A stretch of 64,000 nucleotides of DNA, taken from NCBI GenBank assembly GCA_021325135.1, contig JAJPHT010000030.1:152826-216825 (forward strand), in the 5' to 3' direction. The position numbers were made by a program, and so were the translations under genes. Source of the stretch: Pseudomonadota bacterium. Lineage in GTDB: Archaea > Thermoplasmatota > SW-10-69-26 > JACQPN01 > JAJPHT01. The notes under the pieces are model-generated. The model did not search any database, was not told where the DNA came from, and worked only from the letters and a program-made list of their open reading frames with translations. This document shows positions 1 through 9,039 of the stretch, one piece after another; positions within the stretch are counted from its first letter, which is position 1, and each line of letters opens with the position of its first letter.

Positions 1-522
1 CTGGATGGTGCGACGGTCGTTCCCCGCCCCCACGTCACGGAGCCGAAACGGCGGATCGTAGACCCGCCGCGACTCGAGAAAGCGAGAGAACTGCTCTTCG
101 AGGTCTTGGGCACCGCGTTTCAACTCGTCGAGGCTGCTGGGCTCATCGCCCTTCCTCCAAGCCGCGATCGTGACCAGGTGGTGCTTTGGAAGAAGCGAGC
201 CCAACAGCGTGCTCAACGCGCGCCGATCCCCCGTGAGAGTTACCTGGACGAGGTCGAGAGGATCAAACGAGGGCGAGACTTCGGCCAGGAGCTTCGGAGC
301 AACCCGCACGCGGCCTCCTGGAATCCAGACCTGGAGGAGCAACGAGCGGATGCCGGCTGCCGACGCCAAGGCCCAGAGCGAAGCCTCCACGTCGTCGTGG
401 GAACCCACCCGCGCGACGTGCCGGTCGACCAGAGACGCAACGGCGCAACGACCCGAGAGAAGCCACGGGTCCTCTCGCGTTCCGCTGCCTCGAATCTTCA
501 TTGAGATTGTCGTCGCTTCCAT
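1..522 (-). CDS. Hypothetical protein, 3' end runs off the window
   Basis: Open frame MEATTISMKIRGSGTREDPWLL...DRRTIQ from ATG 522 to base 1; missing from the ORF track because it has no stop. Confidence 0.5.
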   Translation of the reverse strand, partial: MEATTISMKIRGSGTREDPWLLSGRCAVASLVDRHVARVGSHDDVEASLWALASAAGIRSLLLQVWIPGGRVRVAPKLLAEVSPSFDPLDLVQVTLTGDRRALSTLLGSLLPKHHLVTIAAWRKGDEPSSLDELKRGAQDLEEQFSRFLESRRVYDPPFRLRDVGAGNDRRTIQ

Positions 523-691
523 GGGGGCCACTCTCGCCTGGCCCTCCACGCGTCCTGTCAACGACCGCGCGCCTCCCCCTCCATGAAGGTTTGGCACACC
601 GCGCCTCAGACCGCGCAAACGGTGCCGTTGACTCCCACGCCGAAAGGAATATTGCGGACACATGCGACACGGCCCGCGTCGCCGATCGGTG

Positions 692-1063
692 ATGGACAGC
701 GCCGAACTCCGACGCAACAAGGCCCAGGAGCACGCCCAGCATGCGCTCAGATCCGAGAATGCGAACCCCCACCCGCGACGCAGACCGCCGCCTCACCATG
801 AAACCGGCGTTCAGGATGGCGCCATGACAGACGCTCTCCCCAGCGACGCGCGCTCGTACTACAAACGCCTCTCGCTGCGACTCCAAGATGCGATGTCGCT
901 TCGGGGAGACAGCCGGCCCATCGGTGTGGGTCAAATGGTCCGCCTCATGGCGCTCTATGATCAGCGCTTGCCCCTCACGGGAGCGGATGCCCTCACCGCG
1001 AAGCGCCTGGACGTTCTCCGCGAGATCCTCGCGAGCGACCGACTCACCCCCATCACGAGGTAA
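692..1063 (+). CDS. Hypothetical protein of the element (start may be further downstream at MTDALPS)
   Basis: Protein-like C-terminal half (RSYYKRLSLRLQDAM...LDVLREIL); followed closely by a small ORF. Confidence 0.45.
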   Translation: MDSAELRRNKAQEHAQHALRSENANPHPRRRPPPHHETGVQDGAMTDALPSDARSYYKRLSLRLQDAMSLRGDSRPIGVGQMVRLMALYDQRLPLTGADALTAKRLDVLREILASDRLTPITR

Positions 1064-1068
1064 AGCTC

Positions 1069-1203
1069 ATGGCTCCAGATCAGGCCAGCATCGTTCGAGC
1101 GCTTCGCAGCCTCGTCTTCACCGACAAGCTTCTCAAGATCGAGGACGCGTGGCGCTACCTCGACCTGCTTGGACTTCCCCGAGATGCTCTCGACGACAAG
1201 TGA
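1069..1203 (+). CDS. Small hypothetical protein (44 aa)
   Basis: MAPDQASIVRALRSLVFTDKLLKIEDAWRYLDLLGLPRDALDDK; GAGGT SD just upstream; below the ORF-track size cutoff. Confidence 0.45.
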   Translation: MAPDQASIVRALRSLVFTDKLLKIEDAWRYLDLLGLPRDALDDK

Positions 1204-1444
1204 GCAATACGCCCATTCGGAGTCGAATCCCCGCCATCACGTCGCTCTCGCGCTCGTGAGTCCCGCCAGATACGATCGCGTTTGAGGAAGACGGGCAGAG
1301 ACAGCATCCCGCCCGGCGTCGGCGAGGCCGCAGCGCTTCGGCATGCAGCAGATTCCGAACCCGTGGTCGTCACGAATCAGGATTTCGCGAGCGTCGTCCG
1401 GGGCGAGCGAGTGGACCGCGACCCGCTTGGGCCGGCGCCCGCGC

Positions 1445-3037
1445 TTATGCGGAGGCCGGCCCGCCCGCGCGTAAGACCTGGATGGCCTGCTTGTATCTGG
1501 TCGTGAGGTCGTCCTTGGCGAACTCACGTCCATCGCTGCGCGATTCGGGATCGGGAGCGAGTTCGAAGACCTCTTGCGGCCTTGAGATGCGCAGGGCGAA
1601 GAGGAGGGCGGCCGCGACGCGCCGCGGGATGAAAAAGCGCTCGCGACTGCTGACAAGCTCCACAGAGGAGGCCTGCACGAGCCGCCGCCTTGAGGCCGAC
1701 ATGCGGTCGATCTCCGAGAGGAGCGTCGTCTCGTGCATCAAGGACTCGCCGACCTTGCCGCCCCCCATGCGCGGCGCGTTGGGCAGCGGCATGAACCCCA
1801 AGATGGGGACGAACTCGTGGTACTTCTGCCGCACCTCCTCCGGCTTCGGCCTGAAGTATTTCTTCCTGGCGTCCTTCAAGAGGTCGCCGCGAAAGTGCTT
1901 GCTCCAGTTGTCCGGAACATCGTGCATCTCGCACACCTGCTCGCCGAAGTGCCGCTGGCAGTGGCACGTCCAGACGCGAAGCGGGTCACGCAGATCCTTC
2001 TCCGTCATGAGCCCAAGGCGCAGGCAGTCGTCCGTGAACAAGGTCCGGTACATCTGGCCCTGCACGAGCGGCGTCCCGCGGTCGCTGAGCCACAACGTGG
2101 AGTAGAGCGGCACGCCGTCCTTGTCGCGGCGGACCTTGCTCTCCCACCACGCGAGGTGCTGCTCCAAGATCGGGCGGAGCTCAGCATCGATCACGCTCCA
2201 GCGGTTCCCCTTGCGCTTCTCCCGCATCCGCTCCCCGTTCGGCTTCGTCTTGAACGGGATGTACACCATGTCCCCGCCCTCGTCGAAGGCCTTAACGTGT
2301 GGGTGCTTCCGGAAGCCCTCCTCGAAGCCCCGAGGCATCGGCAAGCCCTTCGGCATCGGGAGACCGAAGCTCGCGTAGCGGTCGAGCAGGAACATCTCGT
2401 TGGGCCGGAACCACCACTTCGCCGAGCATGCGTAGAACGCCCGCCGCTGCGCGTGCGCCGTCTCGTTGACGAGCCGCACCTGCTCCTCCACGGTCGGGTT
2501 GCGGCGCCGTTCCGAATCGTCCGGGTCGATGGGATCCTCTTCCCAGAACTCGGAAACGACATCCGCCATGATATTGAAGGGGACCGCTCCGATCTTGGCG
2601 AGGAACTTGAAGAACTTGCTCAACGCGTTGACGCGGTGCGAGACCATGGGCTTCGTGAAAAGGGGGCACCCCTGGCAGTTCTCGCGGGCCGCGACCGCGG
2701 CCGGCTTCGATCCCAGCCAGACTTGGCGGCGGCATACCGCATGCTCCTCGATGAACGGCATCGGGCGGAAGCTGCCGCAGTAGTTCGCCTCGACGAAGTG
2801 CAGATGCGCCCAGATGTCGGCCTTCGTCCAGTTCCGGAGCGGAATCTCCTCGCCATCAGGTTTCCGCATGTAGTTGAGCGCGTCCCGGATGCTGCACAGG
2901 TACCCTGTCAGGGTTGGCTTTGCGAGGTGCACGGTCCGGCTGAACGTATCCAGCAACTCAGCGTTGGTCACGTTGTTGCGGACGCCCGGCCGCACAGGGA
3001 CGATCTCGACGCGTTGCCGAAGGCGCGGGTCGATCAC
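1445..3037 (-). CDS. Tyrosine recombinase/integrase, archaeal RGD type
   Basis: Catalytic motifs WFRPNE (R), CHCQRH (HxxR), HFRGD, KKYF (Y); SAM-like NALSKFFKFL; GTG start overlaps the upstream stop (GTGA) with a GGAGGTG SD. Confidence 0.85.
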   Translation of the reverse strand: MIDPRLRQRVEIVPVRPGVRNNVTNAELLDTFSRTVHLAKPTLTGYLCSIRDALNYMRKPDGEEIPLRNWTKADIWAHLHFVEANYCGSFRPMPFIEEHAVCRRQVWLGSKPAAVAARENCQGCPLFTKPMVSHRVNALSKFFKFLAKIGAVPFNIMADVVSEFWEEDPIDPDDSERRRNPTVEEQVRLVNETAHAQRRAFYACSAKWWFRPNEMFLLDRYASFGLPMPKGLPMPRGFEEGFRKHPHVKAFDEGGDMVYIPFKTKPNGERMREKRKGNRWSVIDAELRPILEQHLAWWESKVRRDKDGVPLYSTLWLSDRGTPLVQGQMYRTLFTDDCLRLGLMTEKDLRDPLRVWTCHCQRHFGEQVCEMHDVPDNWSKHFRGDLLKDARKKYFRPKPEEVRQKYHEFVPILGFMPLPNAPRMGGGKVGESLMHETTLLSEIDRMSASRRRLVQASSVELVSSRERFFIPRRVAAALLFALRISRPQEVFELAPDPESRSDGREFAKDDLTTRYKQAIQVLRAGGPASA

Positions 3038-3411
3038 GCTTGCACCTCCTGCTGGAGGAACCGGGCCACGACCTCCGCCCCGGTTGGGAGGCCGTGCAAC
3101 AGGACGATCAGCTTCTCGCGCTGCTCCTGGAGCCGCCGGTTCTGCTTCCGGTACTCCTCCGTCTCCTCGCGTGCCGTCTCCAGCCACCGCCGCAGCCGCT
3201 CGACCTCTTGCTTCAGGCTCTCAACGTACTCCGGCGGGAACACCGACCCACTGATCGCGTTCGCGACCATCTGGACCACCCACGCGCTGAAGTCCGACCC
3301 GAAACCGGCCAGCCGCGCCTGCTCCTTCCGCGCGCGCAGGTCCATCAGCGTGGGCCAATAGACCGTCGAGGAGCGATCCCGCCGTTCCTTCCAATACTCG
3401 GACGCTGCCAT
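3034..3411 (-). CDS. RHH-like/coiled-coil accessory protein translationally coupled to the integrase
   Basis: N-terminal strand-helix-helix pattern (STVYW...FSAWVVQMV), heptad coiled coil; 4-nt overlap with the integrase. Confidence 0.7.
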   Translation of the reverse strand: MAASEYWKERRDRSSTVYWPTLMDLRARKEQARLAGFGSDFSAWVVQMVANAISGSVFPPEYVESLKQEVERLRRWLETAREETEEYRKQNRRLQEQREKLIVLLHGLPTGAEVVARFLQQEVQA

Positions 3412-3461
3412 GTGCGAATCACCATCGTGTCTGCTTCACACGAGATGGGCATTCCCACGCC

Positions 3462-3497
3462 GGCCCGACAAGCCCGACCGGCTCGACGGGCCGAACG
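3462..3497. repeat. Four tandem degenerate 9-bp repeats upstream of the integrase operon
   Basis: GGCCCGACA/AGCCCGACC/GGCTCGACG/GGCCGAACG. Confidence 0.55.
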
Positions 3498-3639
3498 CCC
3501 GCCCCCAATCCAGCTAGCCCGTAGGCGTACGGGAGCTAGCTACTTTGCTTCACTTGGGAAGAAGTAAGGCGCGGGAACTGGCTCCTCCGTGCAGGCAACG
3601 TGGGGCTTCCGACCAGGTAGCCCTGCGCGCACCCGTTTT

Positions 3640-3765
3640 GTCGCGTTCTCTTGGCGTTTCCGCCTCCCGTTTTCTGCTGAGGTTTTCGGCTCGGGCGTTC
3701 CCCGCCCAGATCGTCGCGCCGATTCGGCTCGACGCCGCGCGCGCTCGGGCGGGAGCAGAGCCTGG
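3640..3765. repeat. Conserved non-coding motif, copy A (copy B at ~63843-63960)
   Basis: Core 3688-3731 matches 63890-63934 at 38 of 45 aligned positions; flanks also alignable. Confidence 0.75.
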
Positions 3766-3879
3766 TCGAGAAGGTCGGCCCTCTTGAGCACGGTCCTCGC
3801 CGCGGTCGCGACGCAAGGTTTCAACGACGCGACCAAGGGGTTGATGTCTTCCACGCTTTCTGCCGGCGCGCCTGTTGGC

Positions 3880-4227
3880 ATGGAGAGGCTTCCCTTGAAG
3901 ACAACCGCCCTCACGCTCGCGTTCACCCTGCTCGCCCTCGCCACGCTCGCGCCGCTCGCTGCCGCGGGGCCCCTTGACGCCGTTGCCACGCCGCCCCTGC
4001 CCAGCGTCCGCGCCGGCGCGTCCTTCTCGGAGGGGCAGCTCGCCTACCACGTCGCGGTCGGTGACAACGGGGCCACGGGCTCCGGGCCCTCCCTCGATCT
4101 GCCCCCGGGCAAGTATTTCGCGGATTGCGTCGGCGGCAAGCTCTACATCTACAACGTCATCGGCGTGCTCGTGGGCCGCGGCGCGTGCGATGGAACGTGG
4201 TTCGAGGCCTTCATCGTCACGGCTTGA
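3880..4227 (+). CDS. Small secreted hypothetical protein
   Basis: Signal peptide LKTTALTLAFTLLALATLAPLAAA; two Cys. Confidence 0.7.
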   Translation: MERLPLKTTALTLAFTLLALATLAPLAAAGPLDAVATPPLPSVRAGASFSEGQLAYHVAVGDNGATGSGPSLDLPPGKYFADCVGGKLYIYNVIGVLVGRGACDGTWFEAFIVTA

Positions 4228-4426
4228 AGCAAGGACGGGGCTCGGATTGACTCGCTCGGGGGTGCGGGCGATGCTGCGGCGCTCCCGGCGGGCGTGCGCG
4301 TCCGACCCCGTCGTCGGGTCGGCCCACGGATTCTTCTCGCTCCCGGGCAGCGCCCAAGCCACGCGCCCCGCCCGCATGCCCGGTGGCCAAAACGCTGTTG
4401 CATGCTCCACCCTGCTGCGGACCTGC

Positions 4427-4897
4427 ATGGCCTACTCTCCGACCCAGAACGCGAACGTCAGGACCGGCAATGCGACGGCGGACGAGAACCTCAAGACGTT
4501 CGATCGTCTCGACTTCGAGTCCTGGAACACGAGGGACATGGACGTCTTCGAGGAGATCCACGCGCCCGGCGTCATCGTCCATTATCCCGACGGGACGAAG
4601 ACGGAAGGCTACGACGCGCACGCGAAGTGGGCGCAGGGGTTCTTCGCCGCCTTCGACTCGAAGATCCTCACGCACCCCATCAAGACCGCGACGGGGGATT
4701 GGACGAGCGTCGTGGGCGAGATGGAGGTCACCTTCGCGCGGCCCATGAAGACGCCCGACGGCAGGACCCTCCAGCCCACGAGAAAGACGTGGAAGGGCCG
4801 GATGTGCACGGTCGCGCGCTGGAAGGAGGGCCGCATCGAGGAGGAGATCCTCTTCTGGGACAACGCGGCGCTCTTCAAGGCCGTCGGCCTGGCGTAG
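4427..4897 (+). CDS. SnoaL-like ester cyclase (NTF2 fold)
   Basis: FDRLDFESWN...HAPGVIVHYPDG...EEILFWDN pattern. Confidence 0.85.
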   Translation: MAYSPTQNANVRTGNATADENLKTFDRLDFESWNTRDMDVFEEIHAPGVIVHYPDGTKTEGYDAHAKWAQGFFAAFDSKILTHPIKTATGDWTSVVGEMEVTFARPMKTPDGRTLQPTRKTWKGRMCTVARWKEGRIEEEILFWDNAALFKAVGLA

Positions 4898-5107
4898 CCG
4901 GCTGGCCGTGCGCGCCGCGGCGATGACAAGGAGAGCCGCAAGGGGTCGACCGGTCCGGAGCTCGGGGATTGGCGGCCAAGCGGGGGAGGTGGGGACCGCC
5001 CTTGCGGCAGCTCGCACGGGCGGCGGAGGAGCAAAGCCCTGCCGGGGCCGCCTCGCGCCGGATGCGAGCCCTTCGGTTGCGCCGCGCACCTTGCGGGCTG
5101 CGCGGTG

Positions 5108-6328
5108 CTATCGCGGAAGGGGCGCGGCGTCGTGGCCCCCCGCGGGGAAGGGCGCGCGGCGCGCGACCCACCAGAGCCCCACGCTCGTCGCGAGGTCCGC
5201 GGCGAGGATCACGAGGAAGCAGTACGCAGGGAAGCGCTCGGTGCCCGGCACGCCCATGGCGACGGGGATGGCGGCGATGACGGCGGTGGCGAGGCCGCGG
5301 GGCATCATCGCGAGCAGCAGGCCGCGGGAGGGGGAGCGCCGCGCGGCGAGGCCGATGCCCACGACGCGGGCGAGGAGCAGCGCGGCGAGGAGGCCGAGGC
5401 CCGCGAGGGCGAAGCCGGGCGTCAGCACGGAGCGCGGGATGCTGAGGCCCAGGAAGACGAAGTAGATGCTGCGCAGGAGGAAGATCAGCTCGCTCTGGAG
5501 GCCGCGCGAGGCGGAGGGAAGAGGAGCGAGGTCGTCGATGCCGCCCAGGCGCATGAGGGCGGGCGCGTTGCCCAGCGTGAGGCCGAAGGCCAGCGCGGCG
5601 AGGTAGCCCGAGCCGCCGAGGCGCTGCGTGACGACGTAGGCGAGCAGGAGCGCGGCCAGCGTCACCATGTAGGCGTGCTTCTCGGGGCGCCAGCGGTGGA
5701 GGAGGCGCGCCCACGCGAGGCCCGCCAGGAGCCCGACGGCGGCGCCCACGGTAAAGCGCGCGGCGAGGAGGCCCAGCCCCTGCGCGGGCGAGCCGTGGGC
5801 GAGCATCATGCCCGCGACGGTGGTCACGACGACGGCGCTGAGGAGGTCGCCCAGGCTCGTCTCCACGGTGAGGATGACGCGCGCCTCGGTGGGCGCGTTC
5901 ACCTGCTGGAGGAGCGGGATCACGACGAGCATGCCCGTCGCGGCGACGGCGTAGCCGAAGAGGAGCGCCAGCGCGGGGGGGAGGCCCAGGAGGAGCCACG
6001 CGGCGCCGCCCACGAGGACGCCCGTGAGCGCCCAGGTGGTGAGCCCCATGCCCAGCGCCCGGTTGGCGTGCGCGCGGATGTCCTCCCAGGCCAGCTCCAG
6101 GCCGCCCTCGAAGAGGACGACCACCAGCGCGAGGGGCGAGAGGAAGGGGATCGCGGGCGCCAGGGGCCCCGGGTCGACGAGGCCCAGGACGGGGCCCGCC
6201 AGGATGCCCAGCGCGATGAGGAAGCTCACGTCGCTGACGCGGAAGCGCCGGAAGACGAGGTGCCCCGCGTAGCCGGCCGCCAGGGCTCCGCCCAGGAGGG
6301 TGATGAAGCCCAGGCTCGCGTCCGCCAC
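5108..6328 (-). CDS. Cation:proton antiporter (CPA1/NhaP type)
   Basis: Multi-TM; LFEGGLEL, VETSLGD, FVFLG, MMPRGLATAV motifs. Confidence 0.9.
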   Translation of the reverse strand: MADASLGFITLLGGALAAGYAGHLVFRRFRVSDVSFLIALGILAGPVLGLVDPGPLAPAIPFLSPLALVVVLFEGGLELAWEDIRAHANRALGMGLTTWALTGVLVGGAAWLLLGLPPALALLFGYAVAATGMLVVIPLLQQVNAPTEARVILTVETSLGDLLSAVVVTTVAGMMLAHGSPAQGLGLLAARFTVGAAVGLLAGLAWARLLHRWRPEKHAYMVTLAALLLAYVVTQRLGGSGYLAALAFGLTLGNAPALMRLGGIDDLAPLPSASRGLQSELIFLLRSIYFVFLGLSIPRSVLTPGFALAGLGLLAALLLARVVGIGLAARRSPSRGLLLAMMPRGLATAVIAAIPVAMGVPGTERFPAYCFLVILAADLATSVGLWWVARRAPFPAGGHDAAPLPR

Positions 6329-6381
6329 CCCGGCCCCTCTCTTGGCTCCCCCCTATGAACCCTGCCCCAGGGTCCCCCGGG

Positions 6382-7188
6382 CTAGGGCGGGGTGAGGCGC
6401 GCCTCGGCCACGGCGGAGTCGGGGATCATGGTCACGATGGGCTGCCCCGCGCTCGTCTTGGGCCCGTCGAAGTCGAACACGTAGTAGGTCCCGTCCGAGT
6501 GCGCCAGGAGGCGCCAGTCCTGCCGCTCGTGCGAGGCGTTGTCCACGAACTCGAAGTGCACGCGCAGGAGGGTCGACTTGTCCCCCGCGGCGTCGATGGA
6601 GCCGTTGGAGTCGCCCAGGAGGCTCCCCAGGAGGAGGGTGCAGGTGAGGAGCCCCACGACGACGATCGCGACGAGGGCGACGTCGTAGGTGCGCGAGCGC
6701 CCCAGGGTCGGCCCGTGGGGGAGCTCCCGAAAGAAGGACCACGCCAGCCGCGCGAGCAGCGCGAGCAGGATCACCACCGCGACCAGCAGGAGCCAGGCGT
6801 GCGCCTTCGCGAGGTCGAACGCGATCATCGCGGTGCGGACGGCGGCGAACGTGAAGATGGCGAAGGGGACGAGCATCGCGAACGCGCGGAGGGACCGCTC
6901 CGTCTTGCCGCCTTTCGAGAGGCCCCCCTCGGAGGCCGCGAAGAGCCACAGGAGGAAGACGAGGATGAAGGCGCCTCCGGCCTCGAACCCCTTCTCCAGC
7001 AGCACGCTGGTGTCCCAGCCGGGCTCCCCCGCGGGGAGGCGCCAGTGGCCGAAGTACGCGTCGCGTTGGGCGTGGCCCCCGGCGTAGGCGATGGCGGTGA
7101 GGATCGCCACCAGGAGGGAGGCGTCCCCCAGGAAGCCCAGCGAGCGGGGCCTCATCTTCTCGTCCGCGTCCGTCACGTCGCAGGCCAC
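6382..7188 (-). CDS. Hypothetical membrane protein
   Basis: About 5 hydrophobic segments plus a soluble C-terminal domain. Confidence 0.65.
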   Translation of the reverse strand: MACDVTDADEKMRPRSLGFLGDASLLVAILTAIAYAGGHAQRDAYFGHWRLPAGEPGWDTSVLLEKGFEAGGAFILVFLLWLFAASEGGLSKGGKTERSLRAFAMLVPFAIFTFAAVRTAMIAFDLAKAHAWLLLVAVVILLALLARLAWSFFRELPHGPTLGRSRTYDVALVAIVVVGLLTCTLLLGSLLGDSNGSIDAAGDKSTLLRVHFEFVDNASHERQDWRLLAHSDGTYYVFDFDGPKTSAGQPIVTMIPDSAVAEARLTPP

Positions 7189-7230
7189 TCCGCGACGGGC
7201 GAATAACTTGTCGGAACCGCGCGGGGTGCG

Positions 7231-8925
7231 TTACGACGGGGAGGAGGGCGGCGCGTCCGCGTAGGCCGAGCCGGGGAGGTCCACCACGGGCAGCGTGACG
7301 AGGGAGGGGCCCAGCTTCACGGTGTTGGTGGCGCCGGGCTTGTCGGGGAGGACGTACTTGTCGCTGGAGGCCAGCGTGAGGACGAGCCTGTGCCCCTTGT
7401 CCACGTGGAAGTCGCGGCTGTGCATCGGCCATGCGTAGAGGAGGTCCTTGCCCGGGATCACGTCCACGCCGTGGTCGAGGCCTTCGCGGTGGCGCGCGTC
7501 GAGGTAGCCGCGGGTGATGAACGCGCTGGTGCCGTCGGGGGCCTCGTCGAAGAGGAGCACGTCCCACTGGGTGCTCGTCGCGCTGCTGGCGGCGGTGAGG
7601 TTCACGCGCGGCGCGCCGGAGAGGTGCAGCGGCGCGGCGAGGGGGGCGCTCTCGAAGCGGAGGAACGTGCCGTCGGCGGGCACGTTGGCGTCGCGGACCT
7701 CCTGCACGGCGCGCGGGTCGTCGGTGTACGTCGCGCTGCCGGAGGCGGGGGGAGCGTCCGCGAGCTTGCCGCCCGCGCCCAGCCAGAAGGTGGCCTCGTG
7801 CGCGTCGGCGGGGGGCCACGCGGTGGCGTTGTGGTACTTGCCGCGGTTGTCCTCGACGACCACGGGGGGAAGGTCCATGGCGCCGTTGTCGCGGCCCAGC
7901 ATCCAGTGGTCGAGCCAGCGGTGGACGTAGGCGTGGTAGTCCTTGAACGAGGCCGGCACGCCGTGGCCGTGCTGCTGGAGCCACGCGCGCTTCTCGCCGG
8001 GGTACGCGTTGAGGAAGTCGGTGACCAGCGACGTGGGCGTGTTCTCGTCGAGGAAGCCGTGGGCGTAGAGCATGGGCGCGGTGGCGTTGGCGAGGTCCTT
8101 CACGTAGTCGCGCGCCATCCAGTACGCGTCGTAGTCGCTGTCCTTGGCGTAGGCCTCCTGCATCTGCGCGGAGCCGCACTGGGCGTTGCCCGGCACGCCC
8201 TCGGCGTAGGCCACGGGGTCGCGCGGCTTGGGGACGAGCCCCGTCGCGGCCCAGATGGGCTGGTCGGTGTAGACGACGCCGAAGGGCAGCTCGCCGAAGA
8301 AGCGGGGCACGCCGTTCTCGAAGTAGTAGCGGTACCACTCGGAGACGCCCGAGACGGGGACGATGGTCGTGAGGTGAGGCGGGTGGAGCGTCGCGGTGCT
8401 GATGGGCGTCGTGCCCACGTAGGACGTGCCCATGAGGGCGACCTTCTTGGAGGACCACGACTGGTTGGCGACCCACTCCACCAGGGAGTAGCCGTCGCGC
8501 GCCTCGTCGGGGCCGCCGGTGCTGAAGCAGCCGCCGCTCTGGCCGCTGCCGCGGACGTGGGCGATGGCGACGGCGTAGCCGTAGGGGACGTACTCGCTGG
8601 CCAGGGCGTCTCCGCTCTTGCCCGACGTCTCGCCCCACGCCTCGTCGTTGGGGTTGAGGCTGCTGGAGTAGGGCGTGTACTGGATGAGCGTCGGGAAGGG
8701 GCCCGAGCCGTTGGGGAGCTGCACGTCGATGTGCAGCGGCACGCCGTCGTAGGCGGGCACGTCCTCCGAGAGGAACGAGCCCAGGGTGTGCGTCGCCGTG
8801 GTGAGGGGGTCCCGCCCCTTGGCGGGCGCGGCGGAGGGGGTCGCGGTGGGCGCGTCCGCAAGGCAGCCCGCGAGGAGGGGGGCCGCGACGAGGAGGAGGC
8901 CGAGGAGGGCGGCCCGGGTCTGCAT
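7231..8925 (-). CDS. CocE/NonD family (peptidase S15-like) hydrolase, lipoprotein
   Basis: Lipobox LAGC; RGSGQSGG, GTSYVG nucleophile motif, PepX-type C-terminal domain. Confidence 0.9.
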   Translation of the reverse strand: MQTRAALLGLLLVAAPLLAGCLADAPTATPSAAPAKGRDPLTTATHTLGSFLSEDVPAYDGVPLHIDVQLPNGSGPFPTLIQYTPYSSSLNPNDEAWGETSGKSGDALASEYVPYGYAVAIAHVRGSGQSGGCFSTGGPDEARDGYSLVEWVANQSWSSKKVALMGTSYVGTTPISTATLHPPHLTTIVPVSGVSEWYRYYFENGVPRFFGELPFGVVYTDQPIWAATGLVPKPRDPVAYAEGVPGNAQCGSAQMQEAYAKDSDYDAYWMARDYVKDLANATAPMLYAHGFLDENTPTSLVTDFLNAYPGEKRAWLQQHGHGVPASFKDYHAYVHRWLDHWMLGRDNGAMDLPPVVVEDNRGKYHNATAWPPADAHEATFWLGAGGKLADAPPASGSATYTDDPRAVQEVRDANVPADGTFLRFESAPLAAPLHLSGAPRVNLTAASSATSTQWDVLLFDEAPDGTSAFITRGYLDARHREGLDHGVDVIPGKDLLYAWPMHSRDFHVDKGHRLVLTLASSDKYVLPDKPGATNTVKLGPSLVTLPVVDLPGSAYADAPPSSPS

Positions 8926-9039
8926 GCCGGCCGGAGCCCCAGGAGGGATAGGTAAGCCTTGTTGTGGCCTGGACCCGCCCGCCATTCCTCAACAAGGCCT
9001 CCAACAAGCTTATCAGCCCTCGTCCGGGCTTTGGCGGCC

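Larger units (their letters stand above)
1..3765. mobile_element. Integrated element (provirus/plasmid-like), left boundary outside window, right boundary approximate
   Basis: Tyrosine integrase plus overlapping accessory gene, short orphan ORFs, visibly less GC3-biased codon usage than the flanking genes; no att site identified. Confidence 0.65.

Noticed and set aside
3038-3187. N-terminal extension of the integrase given in the ORF track
   Set aside because: It overlaps the accessory gene; the GTG at 3037 has an SD and a GTGA overlap
6353-9007. Very long Arg/Pro/Gly-rich ORFs in the track (also 23312-25612, 58604-61087, 58467-60785, 53630-55765, 47506-49488)
   Set aside because: Shadow frames of GC-rich genes; they overlap well-supported CDSs and have no recognisable motifs
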